Below, piece by piece: positions 10,986 to 20,410 of a stretch of DNA of 64,000 bases. Origin of the DNA: Candidatus Argoarchaeum ethanivorans (GTDB lineage Archaea > Halobacteriota > Methanosarcinia > Methanosarcinales > EX4572-44); contig CAJHIS010000001.1 of the NCBI GenBank assembly GCA_905067555.1, positions 8,611-72,610 of the forward strand, read 5' to 3'. Numbering within the stretch: position 1 is the stretch's first letter; the number at the start of each line of letters is the position of its first letter. The notes below the pieces were generated by a model. That model had not been told where the DNA came from, made no database searches, and saw only the letters and a program-made list of their open reading frames with translations. Both the position numbers and the translations under genes were made by a program.

Positions 10986-11627
10986 GTGGGAGAGTTCCTG
11001 TCAACTGTTATAAAAAAAGCCAAGGAGGTGGCTGCTGGCAGTGGAATCTGCGTGGTTCAGAATTTCGAGCCGTTCCCGCTTTATTCTATCATGGCAGACC
11101 TCGGCTTTGAGCACAGTACTGAGAAGACATCTGATACTGAATACCGGGCGTACTTTTACCGGGCAGAAACAAGAGAAGCTGATGCCAGTACAAACGTTCC
11201 ACTACACCCAGCAGCTCTTCTCAATCTCGGCAAAATCGACAAAACGCTTGGCAAGATAACGTCACAGTTTTGGCAGCTTGTCTGGAATAGAGAAGAGCCT
11301 GCAATAGACCAGAAGACTAAATACCTGCTCTCGCTTGCAAATGCTGTTGGTTCAGGTCGCATTCGTCAGGCAACACGAGAACTGGTGAAAGCATACTTTG
11401 AAGGCGTTACTGTTTCCGAACTGGACGAACTCTTCTCTCTTTTTGTCTGGAACCAGGGGGTCGGTAACTTTGCGTCAGAGATCGGACCATCAACACTCTT
11501 TGCTGCTTATCAGTTAATCAAGAGGCTTGAGAACGAAGGAAAGTCAAGGGGCGAGGTGCTGGCGGAACTCGTCAGTAAGTATGGTGAAAAGAATCCGGAT
11601 GTAAGCGTGCTCGAAAAGAAACAATAA
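10986..11627 (+). CDS. carboxymuconolactone decarboxylase (AhpD-like) family protein with N-terminal DUF2249-like region
   Basis: The C-terminal half resembles the CMD/AhpD fold (KTKYLLSLANAVGSGRIRQATRE). The track start is a GTG. The frame is open upstream to 10923 without an ATG, so the 5' end is uncertain. Confidence 0.5.
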   Translation: MGEFLSTVIKKAKEVAAGSGICVVQNFEPFPLYSIMADLGFEHSTEKTSDTEYRAYFYRAETREADASTNVPLHPAALLNLGKIDKTLGKITSQFWQLVWNREEPAIDQKTKYLLSLANAVGSGRIRQATRELVKAYFEGVTVSELDELFSLFVWNQGVGNFASEIGPSTLFAAYQLIKRLENEGKSRGEVLAELVSKYGEKNPDVSVLEKKQ

Positions 11628-11659
11628 TAATAAACACACACAATAGGAGATAAAAGATT

Positions 11660-13057
11660 ATGAAGAGATTTTTTATATTATTGGTTCTGTTGTTACTGAC
11701 CCCCTCCATCCTGATGGGATCAGTAGCAGCATCAACTTGTATTGACTGCCACAGCACAGTCACCCCGGAGATTGTCGAAGATTTCAAGAGCGGTGCGATG
11801 GGCAACGACGTCGATTGCTCAACCTGTCACGGAACAGCCCACAGTTCGATTGCTACCGTTGACAAGGCGAAGATGCCGACACACGATACGTGCGGTGCGT
11901 GCCATGCTACGCAGGACGCGCAGTACATGGACGGAAAGCACAGCCTCGCATGGACTGCGATGTTTGCGATGCCAACAACCGCGGATCAGCCAAAAGAACT
12001 GATGGAGGGTCAGAAGGGCTGCGGAGGCTGCCACAAGATTGGAGCGAAGGACGAGACTGGCTGGGATGAGTACCACTACGGTGTTAATGGCTGTGACAGT
12101 TGCCATACGAGGCACAGCTTTTCAGTAGCCGAGGCAAGAAGACCAGAAGCATGCATGACCTGTCATCAGGGCTTCGACCATGCCCAGTGGGAAATGTATT
12201 CAACCTCAAAGCACGGTTCGATCTACCTGACAGAGGGTGATGACTGGAACTGGGGCGCGCCGATCTCTGATGCGAAAGCGAGTTACACCGCCCCCACATG
12301 CCAGATGTGCCACATGAATAACGGAGACCACAATGTTATCACTAGTTGGGGATTTCTTGGTGTCAGAGTCGAGGAGCCTGATAAGGAGTGGGCTGACGAT
12401 CGGGAAACGGTTCTAAAGTCGTACGGTGTCCTCGATGCTGACGGAAACCCAACAGCAAGATTTGATCTTATAGGTCCTGCAAAGCTTGCAAGGACAACGA
12501 TTGCCGAGTGGAACGCACCCCGTGAGGAGATGATTGCAGTGTGTGGCGACTGCCACTCAGAGAAGTTCGCAAGAATCTCACTCGAGGAAGGCGACCAGAT
12601 GCTTCGGGAAGCTGACAGGGTCTACGCGGAGTCAGTCGAGATTGTTGCAGCACTGCATCGCGACGGCATACTCCCAGAGCCAGAATATATCGACGAACTC
12701 CCGTCTTATCCATATCCTGATGTTCTCAGGTTCTACGATCAGTCACACACGATCGAAGAGGATCTCTGGGTTATGTGGATGAAGTACCGAATGCGCTGTT
12801 TCCAGAGCGCGTTTCATGCAAACGCGGATCAGGAACAGTGGTACGGCTGGGGACCGCTTAAGGAGACCGCGGTTGCGATCAAGTCAGAAGACAGGAGTCT
12901 TCGGGCTGAAGCAGAGCTTGCAGAGGCTGTAGTTGCTGAAGGGATGACTGGAACTGCAGAGACCAAAGCAAATACAGCAGAGAGTCCAGGGTTCGGGGCA
13001 GTCTTCTCGTTCACATCGATTCTTGCTCTATTCGTTCTGTTGAGGAGAAGAGGGTAA
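11660..13057 (+). CDS. octaheme c-type cytochrome, hydroxylamine oxidoreductase (HAO)-like, with PGF-CTERM anchor
   Basis: It has a signal peptide and eight CxxCH motifs (CIDCH, CSTCH, CGACH, CGGCH, CDSCH, CMTCH, CQMCH, CGDCH). HAO-like strings CDSCHTRHSF and CMTCHQGFDH...SKHG are present. The C-terminus SPGFGAVFSFTSILALFVLLRRRG is an archaeosortase PGF-CTERM signal. Confidence 0.85.
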   Translation: MKRFFILLVLLLLTPSILMGSVAASTCIDCHSTVTPEIVEDFKSGAMGNDVDCSTCHGTAHSSIATVDKAKMPTHDTCGACHATQDAQYMDGKHSLAWTAMFAMPTTADQPKELMEGQKGCGGCHKIGAKDETGWDEYHYGVNGCDSCHTRHSFSVAEARRPEACMTCHQGFDHAQWEMYSTSKHGSIYLTEGDDWNWGAPISDAKASYTAPTCQMCHMNNGDHNVITSWGFLGVRVEEPDKEWADDRETVLKSYGVLDADGNPTARFDLIGPAKLARTTIAEWNAPREEMIAVCGDCHSEKFARISLEEGDQMLREADRVYAESVEIVAALHRDGILPEPEYIDELPSYPYPDVLRFYDQSHTIEEDLWVMWMKYRMRCFQSAFHANADQEQWYGWGPLKETAVAIKSEDRSLRAEAELAEAVVAEGMTGTAETKANTAESPGFGAVFSFTSILALFVLLRRRG

Positions 13058-13092
13058 ATATTACTTTTTTATTTTTTATTTAGAGGTATAAA

Positions 13093-13476
13093 ATGACAAC
13101 AAAAAAAGAACTTGAAGCAAACTTTAAAGGCGAAACAACAGAAGTCGGGCTCTATCTTGCAATGTCAAAGCAGGCTGAGCGCGAGGGACACCACACTGCA
13201 GCAATGTATTTCAGGCAGGTTGCAATGGATGAAGCATGGCATGCAGCAGAGATCGCTGAACTTCTCGGTATGATCAAAGACACAAGGTCGAACCTTGAGA
13301 TGATGTTAAAAGGCGAGACCATGGCTGAAACCGAGAAGGCAAATGCTGCAAAGAAAGCGGAAGCAGAGAACATGATCGATGCTGCACGCTTCTTTGAACG
13401 AGCATCAAAGGACGAGGCACGGCACAAAGCCGGTTTAAAAGGAGTTCTCATGCGATTTGAAGCACATGGGTGGTAA
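13093..13476 (+). CDS. rubrerythrin/ferritin-like diiron protein (no rubredoxin domain)
   Basis: 127 aa with a paired E...ExxH pattern (EVGLY...EREGHH, DEAWH, ETMAE, DEARH). Confidence 0.75.
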   Translation: MTTKKELEANFKGETTEVGLYLAMSKQAEREGHHTAAMYFRQVAMDEAWHAAEIAELLGMIKDTRSNLEMMLKGETMAETEKANAAKKAEAENMIDAARFFERASKDEARHKAGLKGVLMRFEAHGW

Positions 13477-13557
13477 CCAGGTAATAAAAATGGAAGCAAT
13501 AATTAAACAGACAAAACGTGTAGTAATACCAGAAGAAAGAAAGCAGAGGCGATAGAA

Positions 13558-14229
13558 ATGGCTAATGAAAAGAAGACAGACCTTCCGGAGAAAGGGGCAA
13601 TCTTACAGAGAGACCGGGAGACTTATGCGATAGCACCAGCTATACCAGCAGGTGTGGTCCCTCCCGATGTTTTAAGGAAGATTGCAGATGTCGCAGAGAA
13701 ATATGGTGCAGCCGCGATAAAGATCACGGGTGCACAGCGGATGGCAATCGTTGGACTTAAGGAAGAAGATATCGATTCTGCCTGGAACGATCTTGGGATG
13801 GACATGGGCGCAGCAATCGGATTATGCGTGCGAAGTGTGAAAACCTGTCCAGGGACGGCATTTTGTAAGCGCGGTGTTTCAGACAGCCTTGGTCTCGGCA
13901 TGGCTCTTAATGATGCGTATCACGGCATGAGTCTTCCTGCCAAGTTCAAGATTGGCGTGTCAGGATGTGCAAACTGCTGCGGTGAGTCATGGGTGAGAGA
14001 CATTGGCTTCTTTGGCTTCAGGAACGGATTTAAAGTAGTAGTCGGAGGAAACGCTGGCAGGAAGCCGAGAATCGCAAAGGAACTAACTTATGTTGAGTCA
14101 ATCGAGGATGCGATGAAAGTAACGCAGAGCGTGATTGATTACTACAAAGCAAACGCAAAGCAGAGGGAGCGGATCGGCGAATTCACTGACAGGATCGGGT
14201 TTGGGGAGTTTACGAAAAAAGTGCTCTGA
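13558..14229 (+). CDS. small siroheme-[4Fe-4S] sulfite/nitrite reductase family protein (low-molecular-weight aSiR-like)
   Basis: 223 aa with the Cys cluster CPGTAFC...GCANCCGE characteristic of the NiR/SiR siroheme-binding domain. Confidence 0.75.
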   Translation: MANEKKTDLPEKGAILQRDRETYAIAPAIPAGVVPPDVLRKIADVAEKYGAAAIKITGAQRMAIVGLKEEDIDSAWNDLGMDMGAAIGLCVRSVKTCPGTAFCKRGVSDSLGLGMALNDAYHGMSLPAKFKIGVSGCANCCGESWVRDIGFFGFRNGFKVVVGGNAGRKPRIAKELTYVESIEDAMKVTQSVIDYYKANAKQRERIGEFTDRIGFGEFTKKVL

Positions 14230-14359
14230 TAAAGGAGAAGGATGAAGGTCTTGATAAACCTCATGAGTCAAGAGTATACACTTCATTTCGGGAAAGAAGA
14301 TCAAGTAGATAATAGCTTAATTATGTGCTAAAGAGGCGATAAAAACGAATACTTGGAAA

Positions 14360-15280
14360 TTGAGTTGGACTTATGATAAAGCAAACTATCAACCAGGTAG
14401 TAATGGCATTATACGTTTCAATTTGGAAAATACTGGAGAGAATTATTTGTACATCTCAAAGTTGAGATTGCAATTCGATTGGCAGAAAAACAAATGCTAT
14501 TCAAAAGATTGTGCAATTCGAATTGAACCTAATTTTAGCAGCCATATTTTAGAGTTGCCCTTCATTATTCCAACAGATATAACGGGTATTTCTATTTATA
14601 GAATTGGTTATCATTTATGGGAATATGATTATTTGACTGAAAAATGGAATGATTTTAATGAACAATGGAGTAAGTGGGAATACTATGTCAAAGTCATACT
14701 TAGGCCTTATTATCGTGCTTTTGTTAGTAAAGGTCTTATACCGAAAGAACACCTAATTAATGATCCAATAATTGAAATAATAAAAGAATGGGGCTTTATT
14801 ACCAAAACCGTTGAAGAACCAGTAAATCCTGAAGATTTGGCTCCGATTATTAAAAAAGAAATTGGTAATTCAGAATGTCTAATTTTAATTGCCACTCCTC
14901 GCTTTAAAGATGCTTTAACTGGGTTATTTAAGATTTTTGATTGGGGGCATGGTGAAACTGGTATCGCTTTTGGAATGGATAAACCCCTGCTCATACTGAA
15001 AGATGAAAGAGTGGATTTAGGTGGGTTACCCTCGGCATTAAATTATCAAAATAATTTAATTAGTTTTGATATACTTAACATCCAAGACATAAGACAAAAG
15101 TTAGGTGGTACAATTCCTTCACTTAGAGGTTGGATAGAATCAATTAAACGACAGAAAGATCAAATAGCAGTAACAAAACAACGAGAAGAGTTTCGGGATA
15201 CAATAGAAAAAATAGCACTTGGAGTAGGAGGAGGATTACTACTTGGTGGAATTGCAGGATATTTGATTGGAAGGAAGTAA
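14360..15280 (+). CDS. membrane-anchored protein with TIR/NDT-like Rossmannoid domain
   Basis: 306 aa. The central region (YRAFVSKG...SECLILIATPRF...HGETGIAFGMDKPLLIL) fits the TIR-like/nucleoside-deoxyribosyltransferase-like pattern. It has a C-terminal TM helix and a TTG start in the track. It lies at the left edge of the AT-rich island. Confidence 0.5.
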   Translation: MSWTYDKANYQPGSNGIIRFNLENTGENYLYISKLRLQFDWQKNKCYSKDCAIRIEPNFSSHILELPFIIPTDITGISIYRIGYHLWEYDYLTEKWNDFNEQWSKWEYYVKVILRPYYRAFVSKGLIPKEHLINDPIIEIIKEWGFITKTVEEPVNPEDLAPIIKKEIGNSECLILIATPRFKDALTGLFKIFDWGHGETGIAFGMDKPLLILKDERVDLGGLPSALNYQNNLISFDILNIQDIRQKLGGTIPSLRGWIESIKRQKDQIAVTKQREEFRDTIEKIALGVGGGLLLGGIAGYLIGRK

Positions 15281-15392
15281 AGACCAACACCGATGATGCG
15301 CCGTTTTTCAAAACGGTGTGGATGGATCGGGGCTTTATAAGAGGCATGAGTTTATGTATGAGGAAAATAAAAACAAAAGAAGGTGAAAAAAT

Positions 15393-16061
15393 ATGAAAAA
15401 GAAAACCATAGTAGGCTTAATAGCTATGGTGGGAATTGCATCAGTTGTGATATTTGCGGGATGCATTGAGGTGGATTCATCAGTATTTACTCCTACACCA
15501 ACTCCACATGTAGTATCACCAGCATCATCTTTCGAAATTGAATATCCTATAACAGCATATTTTGTGATAAGAGGAGGGCATTTTCAAATAACATTTTATG
15601 AGGATGGTTCAGCACTTTCAAAAGAGAAACACGGAGAATTTGACATGGCATGGAGGATAAAGGAAAAGACAACTTCAAGATACAGACTTAAAATAGGAAC
15701 TGCTGATTCTGATCCTGATGTAATAATTCTCTCTAACCATGATGCAATACTTGACCTCGGAGATGATAATATTCGTGGCTATTGGAAAAAGGGAGAATCG
15801 ACAGCTTTCGAAATTGAATATCCTGTAACAGTGTATTTTAAGATACCTGCACCAATTCAAATAACATTATATGAAGATGGATCATCACTTTGTAAATCTG
15901 CTGATGATAAAGCATATTACGATGAATGGGTGATAGAGATAGACACAATTTCAAAAATTAAATATAGACTTCGTGGTGATGATGACTGCTTTGTGCTTTT
16001 CTCTAACCATGATGCAGTACTTGACCCCGGATCAGGTAATATTCTTGGCTATTGGAGATAA
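15393..16061 (+). CDS. lipoprotein-like protein with internal two-domain duplication
   Basis: Signal peptide plus Cys (VIFAGC). Two units of about 95 aa both start FEIEYP(I/V)T.YF and end SNHDA(I/V)LD(L/P)G..NI.GYW. Confidence 0.6.
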   Translation: MKKKTIVGLIAMVGIASVVIFAGCIEVDSSVFTPTPTPHVVSPASSFEIEYPITAYFVIRGGHFQITFYEDGSALSKEKHGEFDMAWRIKEKTTSRYRLKIGTADSDPDVIILSNHDAILDLGDDNIRGYWKKGESTAFEIEYPVTVYFKIPAPIQITLYEDGSSLCKSADDKAYYDEWVIEIDTISKIKYRLRGDDDCFVLFSNHDAVLDPGSGNILGYWR

Positions 16062-16378
16062 CAAATCAAAATTACAGAGAAAAGGAGGAGAAAAATAAAA
16101 AAGAGATTCGGGCAAAGGATTAGAGAGAAGATTAGAGGCCGATTTGGATTTGAAATAGATGAAATAAAATTCAAGGGCATAATGACAGAATTAAAACTTA
16201 AACCAAAAAGAAGACAAAAACAATAAATTTAGGGATGCCCCGCATTTTAGAGCTTGTCCCGTTAGCACTGTGGCGGGAAAAACGGATGCACCCGAATTAT
16301 TCGGGTGTGGAGTGGTTGAGGCTTAGAGGGATATTAATGCATGGATAAAAAAATAAGAAGAAAAGGAGGCGATATTGT

Positions 16379-16447
16379 ATGAGAAGCGGTTGGTTAGCCT
16401 TTGAAATCATACTACTTGTAGTTAGCGGGCTACTGTATATCTTATAG
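16379..16447 (+). CDS. possible 22-aa hydrophobic micro-protein
   Basis: ATG preceded by AAAGGAGG. It encodes MRSGWLAFEIILLVVSGLLYIL and sits directly upstream of the next TM protein gene. It is too short to validate. Confidence 0.25.
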   Translation: MRSGWLAFEIILLVVSGLLYIL

Positions 16448-16457
16448 GGGATTAAAA

Positions 16458-17111
16458 ATGCCATATAGTGACATGGTTAAAGCAATAATCATTTTTGTCG
16501 CAGGAATCATAGCAAGCGTTTTTGCACGAATTCTTTATGATTTGTGGAACCGCCCTAAAGTAAGATTTATAGATGATATAGATTCTGCAGGGCGGTGTTA
16601 TAGCATTTTTGTTGAAAATAAAGGAAGATCCGCGGCTATAAACTGTGAGGCAATGTTAACCCTACTAAATATAAATTTAGACGATATCATAGATGTAGAA
16701 GGCGCAACAGTGACTACCAACTCTCCTAGGAAAATAAAAGACATGAATTTATCTTGGGCTCGTAAGGATAATGAAGGTTGCTTAATTGCGATTACGATTT
16801 ATCCTGGTGCATGTCAACTACTTAACTTCTACGAAATAGAAAAGCCCGATTTACAAATCAAAATAGCATCAGAAAAAGGTTTGGATTCGCCAAGAGTGGT
16901 ATTAAAAAGCCACAAAGAGTATAAAGGGGAAATTAAAATATTTGCAGAAAATTTAAAACATAATCATAAAGAACACAAAAAAAAGTTTATTATCTCGAAA
17001 GCCACTGATGACGATGTGAAATTAAAATTTATTGACAATGAGAATGCGTTGAAAAGGCTATGGAAAGAGAGCGTTAAAAAAGTCCAGAAGGTGTACAGAA
17101 AGAAAAGGTAA
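16458..17111 (+). CDS. hypothetical N-terminally anchored protein
   Basis: 217 aa with an N-terminal TM helix and a Lys-rich C-terminus. No recognisable motif. Confidence 0.5.
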   Translation: MPYSDMVKAIIIFVAGIIASVFARILYDLWNRPKVRFIDDIDSAGRCYSIFVENKGRSAAINCEAMLTLLNINLDDIIDVEGATVTTNSPRKIKDMNLSWARKDNEGCLIAITIYPGACQLLNFYEIEKPDLQIKIASEKGLDSPRVVLKSHKEYKGEIKIFAENLKHNHKEHKKKFIISKATDDDVKLKFIDNENALKRLWKESVKKVQKVYRKKR

Positions 17112-17124
17112 GTCCAACCACCAG

Positions 17125-18886
17125 GGAGTCCCTGCACTTTAGAGCCTGTCCCATAATTAACATCGTTCCGATACTTTTATCACTCTTCCAGCCATATTAT
17201 GTAATATGGCGTTCATTAGAAGGCTCCACAATCAAAATTGGTTATTTCCCCCAAATATTTTGGATTTAATCGATGAAGACCATGTTTGTAGACTTGTTGA
17301 TGAAGTCATTGAAGGTATAGACTTTAACGAGATTGAGAAACGATATGATGGCCCTGGCAGTCCGGCGTATCATCCAAAGGTTATGATGAAGCTTCTTATT
17401 CAGGGTACTATCGATGGGATTCGGTCTTCTCGTAGGATTTCCAAGGCAACAAAGGAAAATGTTGTCTATATGTACCTTTCAGACCGATTAAATCCAGATT
17501 TTCGTACGATCTGTAGGTTTAGGAAGGATAATTTAGATGTTATTAAACTTGTTTTTGCCGAGATCATAAAGTTAGCTAGGGGAATGGACATGGTAAAACT
17601 TGGTCATTTGAGCATTGATGGTACGAAAATCAAAGCTTCAGCCTCGAATTTTAGTGTACTGTCAAAAGAAGAGCTTGACGAGATAAACGAGGCTATTGAC
17701 ACGGAACTTCAGAGAGGAATCGCTGTTGACGAGATGGAGGATGATATATATGGAAATGTTAATCCTGACACGCTTCCAAAGAGTTTTAAAGACGTTAAAG
17801 TGGAGATAAGAAAGAAAAAAACGAAGAAGATCGTAGATCAATACAGAAAAGGTGACCAAAAAGAGAGGAATAGAATCGAAAAACAACTTGATAAGGTTTA
17901 GAATGAATTTGTAACGTCAGAAAAAGATTTTTTGAGTTTTACCGATCCGGAAAGCAGATTCATGCCGAACAAGAAGCATTTCACCGAATTCTCGTACAAT
18001 CCACAGATAACGGTTGATGCTGAGCATGGAATAATCATTGCAGAGGATGTAGTCCAAAATGTCAGGGATGTAGATCAGTTAAAGCCTCAAATCGAACAGA
18101 TAGAGGAAGTTTTTGGTGAACTACCGGAAGACATGGTTGTAACTGCCGACAATGGTTACCATTCCTCAAAAAACATTGATTTTTTGAAACAACGCAATCC
18201 GGATGGATATATTCCCCACGAAAAACTTGCATCCAGGATGAAGAAGAAAGAAACGAAATCAAAGAGATTCAGCAAAGAAAATTTTGAATATAATACCAAA
18301 AAAGACGAATTCACCTGTCCAAATGGAGAAACCGTAAAATTCAGCTACGAATACTTCGATAAACACAAAGGGAAACAGGTAAGGGTTTATCGAGGAGTTG
18401 GGTGTGGCAGATGCCAGGATAAAAAGCTCTGCACAAAGAGCAATCATAAACCAAAGCTTATCAAATGTTACGGCAATGAGACTAACCTGCGGGAAATGGC
18501 TGAAAAAATGGAGTCAGCAGAAGGACAGGAGGTTTACCGTGTAAGATCGAAGACAGTAGAGAGCGTATTTGGGCATATCAAGCAAAACATCGGACTACGA
18601 GAGTTTTTAACGAGAGGTTTAGAAAACGTGAGAGCAGAATTCACCCTAACATGCATAGCACACAACATGAAGAGAATACTGAAAATAAAAAGCCAAATCA
18701 AGGATATTGAAGCGAATACTGTTGAAAATAGACGTCATAATCACACTTCATTCAAGAAACTATGCGAAAAACTAAGAAAACATGGTATAATCTCTTGTGT
18801 TCCATAAGCGAAAGTTTAAGACATAATCCAACTATTCAACACCATTGAACCCGGTTGTGGGACGGGCTCTGCAGAGCGGGGCATCC
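17125..18886 (+). mobile_element. IS1182-like (IS5 superfamily) insertion sequence, about 1.76 kb
   Basis: Imperfect terminal inverted repeats of about 32 bp: GGAGTCCCTGCACTTTAGAGCCTGTCCCATAA at 17125 versus the reverse complement of 18855-18886, GGATGCCCCGCTCTGCAGAGCCCGTCCCACAA (24/32 match). They enclose a transposase reading frame. Confidence 0.8.
17206..18807 (+). pseudogene. IS1182-family DDE transposase interrupted by a single in-frame TAG (17899-17901)
   Basis: The two track ORFs (17206-17901 and 17932-18807) are in the same frame with no other stop between them. The N-terminal part (YHPKVMMKLLIQG...ICRFRKDN) and the C-terminal part (DNGY..., ESVFGHIKQN...) are typical of IS1182/IS5 transposases. 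Confidence 0.75.
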
Positions 18887-19267
18887 TTGGTGTTGCATGA
18901 TATTTAAAGCTATTATTTTATAAAATACCCAATTGAAGTGCGGAAAGTGGGTGACATATTGTAATTCGTTGATATCAATATTCTATATAATATTGGTTTT
19001 ACTTGTATAACTCGATTTTCGGTGAAACGTAAATCACAGCCCAAAAGGTGTCACGCAAGTATGACACGTTCCACCCTTTCCAAACGTCTATTCTTCAATC
19101 GCGTCGTTATCATTGGTAATTCTACATGTGTTCTGTGACGATAAAAGGACCGGCTATTTCAATTCACCGAAAGTCAGGGTATAACACTTTCATTGGGAGT
19201 AGTTTTATGTAGAGATAGTCGGATATAATTAATAGTTAGGAGGAAAACACAAAAAGGGAGCAGAGCT

Positions 19268-19732
19268 ATGGCTGATATCATAAGCATAATGAGCGCTATT
19301 GTTGGTATTATCTCTCTTAGTATTGCAATTACCCAAACTATCAGACTATCTCATCTGCAAAAGCTTCGAGTCGGCAATCTTCGTGAGGCTCTTCAGAATT
19401 GTCGTCTTACTATGATCGAATCAGACCGTCTTTTGAATAATCGCGAAGAATATGATCTCGAAAACAAAGGAGCACTCATCAAGGTCCAAGCGATTCACTC
19501 GAATTCATGCGGGTTAATACGAGCAATCTTCCATGAATTGTCCCAAGTGGATACGCCTTATAATGAGCAGAAGCTCGAAGATTATATCTCACTGGATTTG
19601 ATAACAAGCAAGTGGCTTTGGAAGCAAGCGGCGTTATTCATTCCAACACAAGAACGCACGTTTGAGATTCCAGAACTCCCTGATGATACGCCGGACTATA
19701 TGGCCAAAGCTGGTAGAAGCAAAAAGGACTAG
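19268..19732 (+). CDS. hypothetical protein with N-terminal TM helix
   Basis: 154 aa, no motif recognised, ends with TAG. Confidence 0.45.
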   Translation: MADIISIMSAIVGIISLSIAITQTIRLSHLQKLRVGNLREALQNCRLTMIESDRLLNNREEYDLENKGALIKVQAIHSNSCGLIRAIFHELSQVDTPYNEQKLEDYISLDLITSKWLWKQAALFIPTQERTFEIPELPDDTPDYMAKAGRSKKD

Positions 19733-19824
19733 GGGGCTTGTGACCGTATCTTATGTGGCCGGTCATCTGGCCGATGTCAACGAGCGAATACAAATTTCTC
19801 CATGAATAATACTGAGGTGCACAC

Positions 19825-20259
19825 ATGAACGTAACCATTCGAGAAATCCGTTCTGAGGATTATGAAGCATCGATTAGGTTTTGGGAAAGCATTGACGAAA
19901 TTGAACTTGACGATTCAGAGGGAAAACAGGATTTTGAGTTCTTCCTGCGAAGAAACAAAGGTATGAGCTTCTTGGCTCTTGACAAAGAAGAAGTTATTGG
20001 AGCATGTTTGGCTAGTCACAACGGTAGACGCGGTTTCTTGGATCATTTGGCAATTGCCCCAAGCCATCGCAGAAAAGGACTGGGCAAGATGTTGGTTGAA
20101 AAATGCTTGAAAGTACTTCAAGCTGAAGGCATAAAGAGAAACTATGTCTTCTTGTTCAAGGAAAATGCTGAAGGTCGAGCATTTTGGGAGCATATCGGGT
20201 GGTCACAATGTGATGAATATGTTATGATGTCCATTCAACTCGATAGGAATACAAGATGA
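19825..20259 (+). CDS. GNAT family N-acetyltransferase
   Basis: 144 aa with the acetyl-CoA binding motif (LAIAPSHRRKGLGKMLVE). Confidence 0.8.
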   Translation: MNVTIREIRSEDYEASIRFWESIDEIELDDSEGKQDFEFFLRRNKGMSFLALDKEEVIGACLASHNGRRGFLDHLAIAPSHRRKGLGKMLVEKCLKVLQAEGIKRNYVFLFKENAEGRAFWEHIGWSQCDEYVMMSIQLDRNTR

Positions 20260-20410
20260 AAGGAATGCCGAGTAACCACGCACAGTTCTTTCAGTTCCCA
20301 GTCACCGACCCCGTTTTCGAAAAACGGGGCATCAAGTAGGATGCTTTGTGGGTGTTACCTCTTGGGAAACATTGGGATCAGGTGCCTTGAGCAACAGATT
20401 TAATTTTTCT

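Noticed and set aside
17899-17901. In-frame TAG in the transposase read as a pyrrolysine codon.
   Set aside because: TAG is the terminator of at least eight solid ORFs in this window, including housekeeping genes, and no pyl genes are visible. A nonsense mutation is the more economical reading. It cannot be excluded without the whole genome, so it is kept as a finding with this caveat.
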